From an uncultured Ectothiorhodospiraceae bacterium (lineage in GTDB: Bacteria; Pseudomonadota; Gammaproteobacteria; UBA9214): a DNA stretch of 64,000 nucleotides. The stretch covers positions 9,373 through 73,372 of the forward strand of contig CAMYIO010000001.1 of assembly GCA_947258515.1 (NCBI GenBank). The letters run 5' to 3'. A program made the translations under genes and the position numbers. The notes beneath the pieces were generated by a model. The model worked only from the letters and a program-made list of their open reading frames with translations, had not been told where the DNA came from and did no database searches. This document shows, one piece after another, positions 53,233-64,000 of this stretch. How positions within the stretch are numbered: the stretch's first letter is position 1; every line of letters begins with the position of its first letter.

Positions 53233-54090
53233 TCAATTCTGCTGTGATGTTGCAAGCCCGAGGTTGTTCCAGATGGCGAGCACCGGTTCGGCGCGATTGA
53301 GGGTATAGAAGTGCAGCCCAGGAGCGCCCTTATCGAGTAATTCCTTACACAGGCTGGTGACCACCTCTTCGCCAAAGGCGCGTATGGATTCCAGGTTTTC
53401 ACCATAGGCTTCAAGACGTTTACGTATCCAGCGTGGAATTTCTGCACCACAGGCATCCGAGAAGCGGGCCAGTTGAAAGTAGTTGGTGATCGGCATGATG
53501 CCCGGGACAATGTCGATATCGATGTTGACACTCATACAACGATCTATGAATCGGAAGTAGGCGTCCGGGTTATAGAAATACTGGGTGATAGCGCTGCTGG
53601 CGCCGGCGTCCACCTTGCGTTTGAAGTTCTCAAGGTCCTTGTCCGGGCTGGTCGCCTGCGGATGGTATTCCGGATAGGCGGCGACCTCGATATGAAAGTG
53701 CTCACCGGTCTCCTCGCGTATGAATGTGACAAGTTCATTCGCATAGCGAAACTCCCCGGCTTCTCCCATGCCTGATGGCATATCGCCGCGCAATGCCACG
53801 ATATGGTTGATACCCTTGTCCCGGTAGCCGTGCAGCATTTCGCGGATATTTTCGCGGGTGGAACTGATGCAGGACAGGTGTGGAGCGGTAATGATGCCGG
53901 AACTCTTCTGCAGCTCGATGACTGTCCCGAAGGTAAGGTCGCGTGTTGAGCCACCGGCACCGAAGGTGACGGAGAAGAAACGCGGCTTTACGGCAGCCAG
54001 TGCCCTGCTGGTTGCTGTCAGCTTGCTGATACCCTCTTCTGTTTTTGGCGGAAAAAACTCGAAGCTGTAGGCCGGGCTTGCTTGTCTCAT
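53233..54090 (-). CDS. metF: 5,10-methylenetetrahydrofolate reductase
   Basis: SFEFFPPKTEEG and a TIM-barrel FAD-binding pattern are present. The start is taken at the internal Met (MRQASPAYSFEFFPP). Confidence 0.88.
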   Translation of the reverse strand: MRQASPAYSFEFFPPKTEEGISKLTATSRALAAVKPRFFSVTFGAGGSTRDLTFGTVIELQKSSGIITAPHLSCISSTRENIREMLHGYRDKGINHIVALRGDMPSGMGEAGEFRYANELVTFIREETGEHFHIEVAAYPEYHPQATSPDKDLENFKRKVDAGASSAITQYFYNPDAYFRFIDRCMSVNIDIDIVPGIMPITNYFQLARFSDACGAEIPRWIRKRLEAYGENLESIRAFGEEVVTSLCKELLDKGAPGLHFYTLNRAEPVLAIWNNLGLATSQQN

Positions 54091-54127
54091 ATGATGGATT
54101 GAATCGGCGCGTGTACGTCCGGGCAAC

Positions 54128-55546
54128 TCAGTAACGGTAACGTTCCGGTTTGTAGGGTCCGTCTACGGGTACACCAATATAGTCAGCCTGCTCTTGCGTG
54201 AGCGTCGTGAGGCTGACACCAATCTTGCCAAGATGCAGCCGCGCAACTTCCTCGTCCAGTTTCTTGGGCAGGGTGTAAACGTGGTTTTCATACCGATCGC
54301 CATGGTTCCACAGCTCCATCTGGGCCAGCGTCTGGTTGGTGAAGCTGTTGGACATAACAAAACTGGGATGGCCTGTGGCACATCCCAGATTTACCAACCG
54401 TCCTTCCGCCAGCAAGAGTATGCGATTGCCGCTTGGCAGGATGATATGGTCGACCTGGGGCTTGATGTTGTCCCACTCATATTTCTTCATGCTGGCAATA
54501 TCGATTTCATTGTCGAAGTGACCGATGTTGCAGACAATGGCCTGGTCCTTCATGGCCAGCATGTGGTCATGGTTGATCACGTTATAGTTCCCGGTTGCGG
54601 TAACGAAGATATTGGCCTTGCCGGCGGCCTCTTCCATGGTGACAACGCGATAACCTTCCATGGCAGCCTGCAGCGCGCAAATGGGGTCTATTTCAGTGAC
54701 CCATACCGTACAACCCAGGCCCTTCAATGACTGGGCGCAGCCCTTGCCGACATCACCGTAACCGATGACCACGGCAATCTTGCCGGCAATCATGACATCG
54801 GTGGCACGCTTGATGCCGTCTACCAGCGATTCACGACAGCCATAGAGGTTGTCAAACTTGCTCTTGGTAACCGAGTCGTTGACGTTGATGGCCGGGAAGG
54901 GCAGCTCGCCGCTTTCCTGCATTTGGTAGAGACGGTGTACACCGGTGGTCGTTTCCTCGGTTACACCCTGAATGTTTTTCAGAATATTCGAGTACCAGCC
55001 GGGATGCGTGACCAGGCGCTTCCTGATGCTGTTGTACAGGGCGATCTCTTCCTCGCTACCCGGGTTGTCCAGCACCGACGGATCCTGTTCAGCCTTGCTG
55101 CCGAGTATGATGAGCATGGTGGCATCACCGCCATCATCGAGGATCATGTTCGGTGTTCCACCATCATGCCACTCCATGATCCGGTGTGTGTACTGCCAGT
55201 ACTCATCCAGCGATTCGCCTTTCCAGGCAAACACGGGTATGCCGCGTGCGGCAATGGCTGCTGCGGCATGGTCCTGGGTTGAGAAGATGTTACAGGAGGC
55301 CCAGCGAACCTCGGCGCCGAGTTCCACCAGTGTTTCGATCAGTGCCGCGGTCTGGATAGTCATGTGCAAGCTGCCGGCAATTCGCGCACCCTTGAGCGGT
55401 TTTTCAGTTCCGTACTGTTCGCGCAGTGCCATCAGGCCGGGCATCTCAGTCTCGGCAATGGCAAGTTCCTTGCGGCCCCAGTCGGCCAGCCCGGGGTCGG
55501 CGACCTTGAAATCGGGTGATATGTTCTCAGCAGTTTGTGTTGTCAT
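54128..55546 (-). CDS. ahcY: Adenosylhomocysteinase
   Basis: It has an NAD-binding [10 protein letters not shown] motif, a long-form AhcY insertion and a C-terminal YRY. The size is 472 aa. Confidence 0.93.
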   Translation of the reverse strand: MTTQTAENISPDFKVADPGLADWGRKELAIAETEMPGLMALREQYGTEKPLKGARIAGSLHMTIQTAALIETLVELGAEVRWASCNIFSTQDHAAAAIAARGIPVFAWKGESLDEYWQYTHRIMEWHDGGTPNMILDDGGDATMLIILGSKAEQDPSVLDNPGSEEEIALYNSIRKRLVTHPGWYSNILKNIQGVTEETTTGVHRLYQMQESGELPFPAINVNDSVTKSKFDNLYGCRESLVDGIKRATDVMIAGKIAVVIGYGDVGKGCAQSLKGLGCTVWVTEIDPICALQAAMEGYRVVTMEEAAGKANIFVTATGNYNVINHDHMLAMKDQAIVCNIGHFDNEIDIASMKKYEWDNIKPQVDHIILPSGNRILLLAEGRLVNLGCATGHPSFVMSNSFTNQTLAQMELWNHGDRYENHVYTLPKKLDEEVARLHLGKIGVSLTTLTQEQADYIGVPVDGPYKPERYRY

Positions 55547-55564
55547 TCTATGTCTCGCAGGTGA

Positions 55565-56752
55565 TTAATCGGCTTTGTCAGTGTTGTGCAGGCCGGCGGC
55601 TTCTCGCAGGATGTCGGCCTTGTCGGTTTTTTCCCAGCTGAAGTCGCAATCCTCGCGACCGAAGTGGCCGTAGGCCGCCGTGGCTTTATATCCGGGTTTT
55701 AACAGGTCCAGCATCGCGACCAGGCCTCGCGGGCGCAGATCGAAATGCTCGCGTATCAGTTCGACGAGGCGGTCTTCCTCAATCAGTCCGGTGCCGAAGG
55801 TTTCCACGCTGATAGAGGTTGGCTCGGCGACACCAATGGCATAGGACACCTGGATTTCGCAGCGTTCCGCGAGGCCGCCCGCAACGATGTTTTTTGCCAC
55901 GTAGCGCGATGCATAGGCGGCAGAGCGGTCAACCTTGCTCGGATCCTTGCCGGAGAAAGCACCGCCACCGTGGCGCGCCATACCGCCGTAGGTGTCGACA
56001 ATAATCTTGCGGCCGGTAAGGCCGCAATCGCCGACCGGGCCACCGATCACAAAGCGACCGGTCGGATTGATGTGAATATGCTCGTCGGGGCACTGGTCGA
56101 GCCATTCCGCCGGCAGCACCGGCTTGATGATCTCGTCCATGACCGCCTCGCGCAAGGCGGCCAGTGAGATTTCAGGATCATGCTGGGTCGACAGCACCAC
56201 GGCATCAATGCCCACTGGCCGGTTGTTCTCGTAGCGAAAGGTTATCTGGCTCTTCGCGTCCGGGCGCAGCCAGGGCAGGGTACCATTCTTGCGTACCACC
56301 GACTGGCGCTTCACCAGGCGATGGGAATAGGTGATGGGTGCGGGCATCAGTACATCGGTTTCACTGGAAGCGTAGCCGAACATCAGGCCCTGGTCGCCGG
56401 CACCCTGTTCATGGTCATCGCTTTCATCGACACCCATGGCGATGTCCGGGGATTGCTTGCCGATGGCGTTCAGTACCGCGCAGGAAGCCCAGTCAAACCC
56501 TATCTCTGAACTGTTGTAGCCGATCTCGCGCAGCGTCTGGCGGACGATTTCCTCCAGATCGACCCATGCCGAGGTGGTGACTTCACCGGCGATGATAACC
56601 ATGCCGGTTTTGACCAGGGATTCGACGGCGACGCGGGCACGTGAATCTTTTTCAAGCATGGCGTCAAGCACGGCGTCGGATATCTGATCGGCAACCTTGT
56701 CAGGATGACCCTCGGAAACGGACTCGGATGTAAATATATGATTGCTGGACAT
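55565..56752 (-). CDS. metK: S-adenosylmethionine synthetase
   Basis: The MetK signatures [17 protein letters not shown] and GGGAFSGKD are present. Confidence 0.95.
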   Translation of the reverse strand: MSSNHIFTSESVSEGHPDKVADQISDAVLDAMLEKDSRARVAVESLVKTGMVIIAGEVTTSAWVDLEEIVRQTLREIGYNSSEIGFDWASCAVLNAIGKQSPDIAMGVDESDDHEQGAGDQGLMFGYASSETDVLMPAPITYSHRLVKRQSVVRKNGTLPWLRPDAKSQITFRYENNRPVGIDAVVLSTQHDPEISLAALREAVMDEIIKPVLPAEWLDQCPDEHIHINPTGRFVIGGPVGDCGLTGRKIIVDTYGGMARHGGGAFSGKDPSKVDRSAAYASRYVAKNIVAGGLAERCEIQVSYAIGVAEPTSISVETFGTGLIEEDRLVELIREHFDLRPRGLVAMLDLLKPGYKATAAYGHFGREDCDFSWEKTDKADILREAAGLHNTDKAD

Positions 56753-56868
56753 AAATAATTATATTCGTATAAATTAAACCCGGTAGTTTAGCTTACGAAG
56801 GTTATGTTTTCACCCTATATCTAATCCCTGCTAGTATGTTGAGCCATCTGTCACCCGGAAGTTCAATT

Positions 56869-57423
56869 ATGGTCAGTCTTGAAACCCCGGTATGCGAATT
56901 TGGTAAAGCAGCTATCGACTTTTCGTTACCCGGCATCGACAACAGGGAGTGGACGCTTGAGGACTGCCGTGGCTCGCGTGGCCTGCTGGTGATGTTTATC
57001 TGTAACCACTGCCCATATGTGAAAGCGATCATCGAACGCCTGGTGCGGGACACGCGCGAGCTGCATGAGTTGGGCATCAACAGCGTCGCCATCATGTCCA
57101 ACGATCCAACCCTGTATGAGGAAGACAGCTTCGAGAACATGCAGGTGGTGGCTGCGAAATATGATTTTCCGTTTCCCTATCTGATGGATCACTCGCAGGC
57201 GATTGCAAAGGCCTATGGCGCCGTTTGTACGCCGGACTTCTTTGGCTATAACAGTGACCTGCAGTTGCAGTACCGCGGGCGACTGGATGCGAGTAACCAG
57301 CTGACTGCCGCGCCTGATACGCCCCGGGAACTCTACAATGCCATGCGTGAGGTGGCTGATACGGGGCATGGTCCCGTGCACCAGGTGCCTGCAATCGGCT
57401 GTTCTATAAAGTGGCGGGAATAA
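56869..57423 (+). CDS. Thioredoxin-fold thiol-disulfide oxidoreductase (AhpC/TSA-redoxin family)
   Basis: It has a redox motif CNHCPYV. The size is about 184 aa from the ATG at 56869. Confidence 0.75.
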   Translation: MVSLETPVCEFGKAAIDFSLPGIDNREWTLEDCRGSRGLLVMFICNHCPYVKAIIERLVRDTRELHELGINSVAIMSNDPTLYEEDSFENMQVVAAKYDFPFPYLMDHSQAIAKAYGAVCTPDFFGYNSDLQLQYRGRLDASNQLTAAPDTPRELYNAMREVADTGHGPVHQVPAIGCSIKWRE

Positions 57424-57729
57424 CGGGCGTAATATTTTCGGCTCGCCTATAAGTTATTGTTATGCGGCAATAAAGCGTTGAATTCTTGACGTGTACCCAC
57501 CCCCATCCGTGCTATTGCCGTATGAGGCAAACTAGTGGAAAATAGCGCGCCTTATTAAGAGGGACGAAGGCCAGATTGGCAACACCAGTAATTTGCCCGG
57601 CCTGACTGGCTAATTCCGATATGGTGGATGCCTCAGTGCTTGCAAGTCGGCGCTGGAGGCTTTTTTTGTCGCCATAACAGCGGTTGTTTTTGGTGGCGCC
57701 ACTGCAGACGGTTCCAGTGGTATCCCGTT

Positions 57730-57748
57730 ATCGCCACGACGTGGCGAT
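57730..57748. promoter_or_regulatory. Perfect 9-bp inverted repeat ATCGCCACG-A-CGTGGCGAT, 40 nt upstream of tkt
   Basis: Read from the sequence. Its position fits an operator or 5'-UTR hairpin for the tkt-gap-pgk-pyk-fba cluster. Confidence 0.4.
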
Positions 57749-57788
57749 GTAATTTTTACAGAATTCAAAATCAGAACAGGAGAACAAC

Positions 57789-59777
57789 ATGGCTCAGCGG
57801 AAAGAACTCGCCAATGCCATCCGTGCGCTCAGCATGGATGCCGTGCAGAAGGCAAATTCCGGCCACCCGGGTGCCCCCATGGGCATGGCGGACATAGCCG
57901 AGGTCTTGTGGAACGATCACCTGAAACATAACCCGACCAATCCGCACTGGTCAGACCGGGACCGATTTATTCTGTCCAATGGCCATGGTTCCATGCTGAT
58001 CTACTCGCTGCTGCACCTGACCGGCTACGAGCTGACTATTGACGACTTGAAGAACTTTCGTCAGTTGCATTCGAAGACGCCGGGCCACCCCGAATACGGG
58101 TATGCGCCGGGTATAGAGACAACGACCGGACCCCTGGGTCAGGGTATTACCAATGCCGTTGGCATGGCGATCGCCGAGCGTTCACTGGCAGCTGAATTCA
58201 ATCATGACGGTCACGACATCGTGGACCACAACACCTATGTATTTCTCGGTGATGGTTGCCTGATGGAAGGTATCTCCCACGAGGCCTGCTCGCTGGCCGG
58301 TACCCTCGGTCTGGGCAAGCTGATTGCCTTCTGGGATGACAATGGCATCTCCATAGATGGTCATGTTGAAGGCTGGTTTACGGATGATACCCCCGCACGG
58401 TTCGAAGCCTATGGCTGGCATGTGATCGCCGGTGTTGATGGACATGATGCGGCAGCGCTGGACAAGGCCATTGTTGAGGCAAAAGGAGTCACCGACAAAC
58501 CCACCATGATTTGTTGCAAGACAACCATTGGTTACGGTTCGCCCAACAAGGCCGGCACCCATGGCTGTCACGGTGCCCCCCTCGGCGAAGACGAGGTTGC
58601 GCTGACTCGCAAGGAACTGGGATGGGAGCATGCGCCGTTTGTGGTGCCCCAGGACATCTACGATGGCTGGGATGCAAAAAACAAGGGGCTGCGTGAGGAA
58701 TCGGAATGGAATGATAAATTTGCCGCCTACAAGGCGAAATTCCCGGAGCTGGCGACTGAATACGCGCGTCGCATGGCCGGTGACCTGCCGTCAGACTGGG
58801 CTGCCAAGGCGGCAGCTTTCGTCGAGTCCGTGGATAAAAAGGGTGAATCACTGGCAACACGTCAGGCCTCGCTGAAGTCGATTGAAGGCTATGCGCCGTT
58901 GTTGCCGGAGATCTTCGGCGGCTCGGCTGACCTCGGTTGCTCCAACCTGACCGAGTGGTCGGGTCACAAGCCGATGCGTGCCGAAACCCCTGACAGCAAC
59001 TATGTGAACTACGGGGTGCGTGAATTTGGTATGTCGGCCATCATCAACGGCATCGCGCTGCATGGCGGTTTTATCCCCTTCGGTGCCACCTTCCTGATGT
59101 TTTCCGAGTATGCGCGAAATGCATTGCGCATGGCGGCGTTGATGAAGGTACAGAGTATCTTCGTCTACACTCATGACTCCATTGGCCTGGGTGAAGACGG
59201 TCCCACGCACCAGGCCATCGAACAGATTCCTACCCTGCGCATGATTCCGGGTATGAGCGTCTGGCGGCCATGCGACACGGTGGAGAGTGCCGTTGCGTGG
59301 CAGGCAGCGATTGAGCGTCAGGACGGGCCTTCCTGCCTGATCTTTTCCCGCCAGGGGCTGCCGCACCAGGAGCGTAGTGCAGAACAGATCGCCGATATCC
59401 GCAAGGGCGGTTACATCCTCAGGGACTGTGCCGGCACACCGGACGTCATCATCATCGCGACCGGTTCCGAAGTGGCACTGGCAATGGGTGCTGCTGAAAA
59501 GCTTGGCGGCAAGAAGGTTCGCGTGGTGTCCATGCCGTCTACAACCGTGTTCGATGCACAGGACGAGGACTACCGGGAACTTGTGTTGCCGGGTAATGTG
59601 ACAGCGCGTGTTGCCGTCGAGGCCGCGGTCACCGGTGGCTGGTACAAGTATGTCGGCCTGAACGGTGCCGTGGTCGGTATCGACCGCTTCGGCGAGTCTG
59701 CGCCGGCGGGTCAGCTGTTCGAACTGTTCGGTTTCACGGTTGATAATGTCGTCAAGGCAGTGAACAGCGTTGCCTGA
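57789..59777 (+). CDS. tkt: Transketolase
   Basis: It has a TPP-binding N-terminus ([12 protein letters not shown]), GDGCLMEG, and a C-terminal domain. The size is 662 aa. Confidence 0.95.
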   Translation: MAQRKELANAIRALSMDAVQKANSGHPGAPMGMADIAEVLWNDHLKHNPTNPHWSDRDRFILSNGHGSMLIYSLLHLTGYELTIDDLKNFRQLHSKTPGHPEYGYAPGIETTTGPLGQGITNAVGMAIAERSLAAEFNHDGHDIVDHNTYVFLGDGCLMEGISHEACSLAGTLGLGKLIAFWDDNGISIDGHVEGWFTDDTPARFEAYGWHVIAGVDGHDAAALDKAIVEAKGVTDKPTMICCKTTIGYGSPNKAGTHGCHGAPLGEDEVALTRKELGWEHAPFVVPQDIYDGWDAKNKGLREESEWNDKFAAYKAKFPELATEYARRMAGDLPSDWAAKAAAFVESVDKKGESLATRQASLKSIEGYAPLLPEIFGGSADLGCSNLTEWSGHKPMRAETPDSNYVNYGVREFGMSAIINGIALHGGFIPFGATFLMFSEYARNALRMAALMKVQSIFVYTHDSIGLGEDGPTHQAIEQIPTLRMIPGMSVWRPCDTVESAVAWQAAIERQDGPSCLIFSRQGLPHQERSAEQIADIRKGGYILRDCAGTPDVIIIATGSEVALAMGAAEKLGGKKVRVVSMPSTTVFDAQDEDYRELVLPGNVTARVAVEAAVTGGWYKYVGLNGAVVGIDRFGESAPAGQLFELFGFTVDNVVKAVNSVA

Positions 59778-59803
59778 GGTATAGCCGTCTGAAAATTCAT
59801 GCC

Positions 59804-59836
59804 TCCCCGGTTACGGGGCGGGTTGGTTATTTTTTA
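59804..59836 (+). terminator. Weak terminator-like hairpin (CCCCG-gtta-CGGGG) followed after 11 nt by T6
   Basis: Read from the sequence. The U-run is displaced from the stem, so efficiency is uncertain. Confidence 0.35.
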
Positions 59837-59840
59837 ATAA

Positions 59841-60857
<1,017 letters not shown>

Positions 60858-60962
60858 GCCGGATTCTCTCCGGGCGGCAGTAAGCTGAAGGCTGTCGCCC
60901 GGGGAAACACATTGTGAACCACCCATAGCCTGATTGTACCTAACAAAATTTTGGAGTCGTCA

Positions 60963-62141
60963 ATGCCCGTACTCAAGATGACCGATCTCGACCTGTCCGG
61001 TAAACGCGTCCTGGTCCGACAGGATCTGAATGTTCCAATCAAGGACGGCAAGGTTGCCAGTGATAAACGCATCCGTGCCAGTTTGCCTACCATTGAATTT
61101 GCAGTAAAAGCCGGCGCAAGGGTGATGCTGATGTCGCACCTGGGTCGCCCGACCGAAGGCGAGTATGCCGATGAATTCTCGCTGCGCCCGGTTGCCGAAC
61201 ATTTATCGGCGCTGCTGGGTAAAGAGGTAGAGCTCGTCGCCAACTACCTGGAACAGGCCCCTGAGCTGAACGACGGTGACGTTGTCCTGCTGGAGAATGT
61301 CCGTTTCAACAAGGGTGAGAAGCAGAACGACGAGAGCCTCGCCCGACAGTATGCTTCCTTGTGTGATATTTATGTGATGGATGCCTTCGGTACAGCGCAC
61401 CGTGCGCAGGCCTCGACTCACGGCGCAGGTCAATATGCGCCCGCGGCCTGTGCCGGACCGCTGCTGGCCGGGGAGCTTGATGCGCTTGGCAAGGCGCTGG
61501 GTGATCCTGCCAGACCGATGGCGGCCATCGTGGGTGGCTCCAAGGTTTCTACAAAACTGACGGTGCTTGAATCCCTGTCCGGCGTGGTCGACCAACTGAT
61601 CCCGGGTGGTGGTATCGCCAATACCTTTATTGCCGCCAGTGGCTACAATGTCGGTAAATCGCTGGTTGAAGAGGACCTGATTCCCGAGGCGAAACGCCTG
61701 ATGGAGGCCGCGCGGGCAAAAGGCGGTGAAATTCCGGTGCCGACGGATGTTGTCGTTGGCAAGGAATTTTCCGAGTCTGCCGAGGCGATTGTCAAAAAGG
61801 TCGAGGATGTTGCGGATGACGACATGATCTTCGATATCGGTCCGGAAACGGCGGCCAGATTTGCCGGGATGATGAAGAGCGCTGGAACCATTGTCTGGAA
61901 TGGACCGGTCGGAGTGTTCGAATTCGATCAGTTCGGCGAAGGTACCAGGGTCCTTGGCCTGGCGATCGCGGAATCTGATGCGTTCTCGATTGCCGGTGGC
62001 GGTGATACGCTGGCAGCCGTGGACAAGTACGGCATTGCGGACAGGGTGTCCTATATCTCAACTGGTGGTGGCGCCTTCCTCGAATTTCTGGAAGGCAAGA
62101 AACTTCCGGCAGTGGCGATGCTGGAAGAACGGGCGAAATAG
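60963..62141 (+). CDS. pgk: Phosphoglycerate kinase
   Basis: (M)TDLDLxGKRVLVRxDLNVP, GGGAxL and a GGGDT-type motif are present. The ATG at 60963 has a GGAG RBS. Confidence 0.95.
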   Translation: MPVLKMTDLDLSGKRVLVRQDLNVPIKDGKVASDKRIRASLPTIEFAVKAGARVMLMSHLGRPTEGEYADEFSLRPVAEHLSALLGKEVELVANYLEQAPELNDGDVVLLENVRFNKGEKQNDESLARQYASLCDIYVMDAFGTAHRAQASTHGAGQYAPAACAGPLLAGELDALGKALGDPARPMAAIVGGSKVSTKLTVLESLSGVVDQLIPGGGIANTFIAASGYNVGKSLVEEDLIPEAKRLMEAARAKGGEIPVPTDVVVGKEFSESAEAIVKKVEDVADDDMIFDIGPETAARFAGMMKSAGTIVWNGPVGVFEFDQFGEGTRVLGLAIAESDAFSIAGGGDTLAAVDKYGIADRVSYISTGGGAFLEFLEGKKLPAVAMLEERAK

Positions 62142-62187
62142 TGCGCCCATTCAGTTAGCACATTCAAGAATAATATCAACAGGCCTT

Positions 62188-63633
62188 ATGCCAAGACGAA
62201 CAAAGATTGTTGCTACCCTTGGCCCGGCCACGGATGCCAGGCATGTCCTGGATGAAATGATCCAGGCCGGTATGGATGTTGTCCGTGTGAATTTCTCGCA
62301 CGGTACCCATGACGACCATATCAATCGCGCAGAGAGTGTGCGTAACCGGGCACGCGCACATGGACACCAGGTTGGCGTGCTGGCTGATCTGCAGGGCCCC
62401 AAGATTCGCATCGAGTGTTTCAAGGAGGGCATGATCCAGCTGGAGGAAAACGATAACTTTATCCTTGATTCGGCACTGGCTGCGGATGCCGGTAACCGGG
62501 AAAGGGTGGGCGTTACCTACAAGGGCCTGCAAGATGATGTTTCCCGTGGTGATACCCTGCTGCTTGATGACGGCTTGCTGGTGCTCTGGGTCGAGGAGGT
62601 AGAGGGTACCGAGGTTCGTTGCCGGGTCGTTGTCGGCGGGCGGCTGACCAACAGCAAGGGAATCAACCGCCTCGGTGGCGGACTGTCCGCTGCATCGCTA
62701 ACAGAGAAAGACCGTGAAGATATCAAGGTCGCCGCTGCCATGGGAGCAGACTATGTGGCGATCTCCTTTCCTCGATGTGCGGATGATATTCACGAGGCGC
62801 GTGAACTGTTGCGCGCCGCAGGGGGACACGGTGGTATTATCGCCAAGATAGAACGTGCAGAGGCCCTTGATGCACTAGAGGAAATCATAGAAGCAGCAGA
62901 TGCCGTCATGATTGCACGCGGTGACCTCGGTGTTGAGATTGGTGATGCTGAATTACCGGCCGTGCAGAAGAGAATCATACGCGTGGCCCGTTCGCATGAT
63001 CGTGTGGTAATAACAGCGACCCAGATGATGCAGTCCATGGTTGAAAACCCGATCCCCACGCGTGCCGAAGTGTTTGACGTGGCCAATGCGGTTATTGACG
63101 GTACTGACGCAGTGATGTTGTCAGCGGAAACGGCGGCGGGCCGTTATCCGGCCAAGGTGATTGAAGCGATGGACCGGATTTGTGCCGGTGCAGAACGTCA
63201 GCGCAGTACCTCGGCGACAGAGCGGCGCATCAATATACGTTTCGATCGGGCCGATGAGGCCATTGCAAAGGCGGCAATATATACTGCTAACAGCCTCGGT
63301 GTGAAGGCCATTGCTGCCTTGACCGAGTCAGGTGCAACCGCATTGTGGATGTCCCGCATCAGCTCCGGCATCCCGATCTTTGCGATGACGCGCCTGGTCG
63401 AAACACGCAGAAAAGTGACCCTGTATCGCGGCGTGTATCCGGTCAGTTTTGATGTAACAACACCGGACCATGCGACAGTCAACAAGGAAGCGATTGATGA
63501 ACTGATGCGGCGTGGTGCGGTACGTGACGGAGATCTGGTAATTATCACCAAGGGTGATTTGATGGGAGTGCACGGTGGCACCAATGCCATGAAGATCATA
63601 CGCGTTGGTGAACACGAAATTATGGAGCAATAG
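62188..63633 (+). CDS. pyk: Pyruvate kinase
   Basis: RRTKIVATLGPA is present, and the MIARGDLGVEI and SAETAxGxYP motifs. The track ORF has a long spurious N-terminal extension from 61891. Confidence 0.93.
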   Translation: MPRRTKIVATLGPATDARHVLDEMIQAGMDVVRVNFSHGTHDDHINRAESVRNRARAHGHQVGVLADLQGPKIRIECFKEGMIQLEENDNFILDSALAADAGNRERVGVTYKGLQDDVSRGDTLLLDDGLLVLWVEEVEGTEVRCRVVVGGRLTNSKGINRLGGGLSAASLTEKDREDIKVAAAMGADYVAISFPRCADDIHEARELLRAAGGHGGIIAKIERAEALDALEEIIEAADAVMIARGDLGVEIGDAELPAVQKRIIRVARSHDRVVITATQMMQSMVENPIPTRAEVFDVANAVIDGTDAVMLSAETAAGRYPAKVIEAMDRICAGAERQRSTSATERRINIRFDRADEAIAKAAIYTANSLGVKAIAALTESGATALWMSRISSGIPIFAMTRLVETRRKVTLYRGVYPVSFDVTTPDHATVNKEAIDELMRRGAVRDGDLVIITKGDLMGVHGGTNAMKIIRVGEHEIMEQ

Positions 63634-63750
63634 TTTTATACCGGGTGACTGCCCTGAATGGCGGCGCTCAAAATGGCTCCTGGAGCCTGAACATCTGTAA
63701 CATTCAAGTGAACGACTAACCTGTAACCTGTAGAATTTTAGGAGAAGACA

Positions 63751-64000
63751 ATGGCCATTATATCCTTACGCCAACTGCTGGACCACGCTGCCGAACACGG
63801 TTACGGTGTCCCGGCCTATAACGTCAACAACATGGAACAGATGCATGCCATCATGGAGGCGGCCGACGAAACTGACAGCCCGGTTATCTGCCAGGCATCA
63901 GCCGGAGCACGTTCCTATGCGGGGGCTCCGTTCCTGCGTCACCTCATCCAGGCGGCTGTTGAACAGTGGCCGCACATTCCTGTCTGCGTGCACCAGGATC
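63751..64000 (+). CDS. fba: Class II fructose-bisphosphate aldolase (5' partial, continues beyond window)
   Basis: The N-terminus is [27 protein letters not shown]...PVICQAS. It is truncated by the window end. Confidence 0.85.
   Translation, partial: MAIISLRQLLDHAAEHGYGVPAYNVNNMEQMHAIMEAADETDSPVICQASAGARSYAGAPFLRHLIQAAVEQWPHIPVCVHQD

Noticed and set aside
56753-56868. A possible SAM riboswitch in the metK leader.
   Set aside because: No SAM-I four-way junction or kink-turn motifs, nor a SAM-II pseudoknot, are recognisable by eye. It is left as unproven absence (an Rfam scan is needed).
61891-62187. A 99-codon upstream extension of pyk overlapping the 3' end of pgk.
   Set aside because: Pyruvate kinase homology starts at MPRRTKIVATLGPA (62188). 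The extension is an alternate frame of pgk.

Overview
This 64-kb window reads as chromosomal DNA from a high-GC gammaproteobacterium. Coding density is about 90% and almost every gene is housekeeping. Several blocks match, from memory, the Pseudomonas gene order: radC-coaBC-dut-algC with rpmB-rpmG and mutM nearby; proC-yggT divergent from pilT-pilU; and pyrR-pyrB-pyrC'-ruvX-yqgE-tonB-gshB divergent from the type IV pilus Chp chemosensory cluster pilG-pilH-pilI-pilJ-chpA-chpC. Two further blocks are a SAM-cycle cluster (metK-ahcY-metF) and a glycolytic/Calvin-type cluster (tkt-gap-pgk-pyk-fba). I saw no rRNA, tRNA, CRISPR array, transposase or integrase.

The most unusual content is an insertion between gshB and yqgE, at about 37.4-41.3 kb. 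It carries an ApbE flavin transferase, a NusG-domain-II (DUF1312-like) membrane protein, a Gx-transporter/Hpre_diP_synt_I-like membrane protein translationally coupled to a DUF4124 protein, and a plus-strand pair made of a small secreted protein and a periplasmic rhodanese with a CPPFC motif. I interpret this as a candidate extracytoplasmic flavinylation/redox (possibly sulfur-handling) module.

Other accessory-looking items:
- a secreted lamin-tail-domain protein with a PEP-CTERM-like sorting tail;
- a low-GC 1.1-kb islet at 7.0-8.1 kb with a small membrane ORF (below the 60-aa cutoff of the ORF track), a 20-bp perfect palindrome and an extremely lysine-rich secreted protein;
- a PyrK-type flavin/2Fe-2S electron-transfer protein appended to the pyrR-pyrB-pyrC' operon with no cognate PyrD;
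- a GldA/F/G-like ABC system plus a DUF4340 protein;
- a lone hydantoinase-A-family gene;
- a DUF4124 coiled-coil protein with an internal roughly 115-aa duplication;
- AlgC carrying a roughly 420-aa membrane N-terminal extension.

All calls rest on reading the translations for motifs and on start-codon/RBS context. No similarity search could be run. The ORF track reports alternative starts (GTG/TTG) as M and its ranges include the stop codon.
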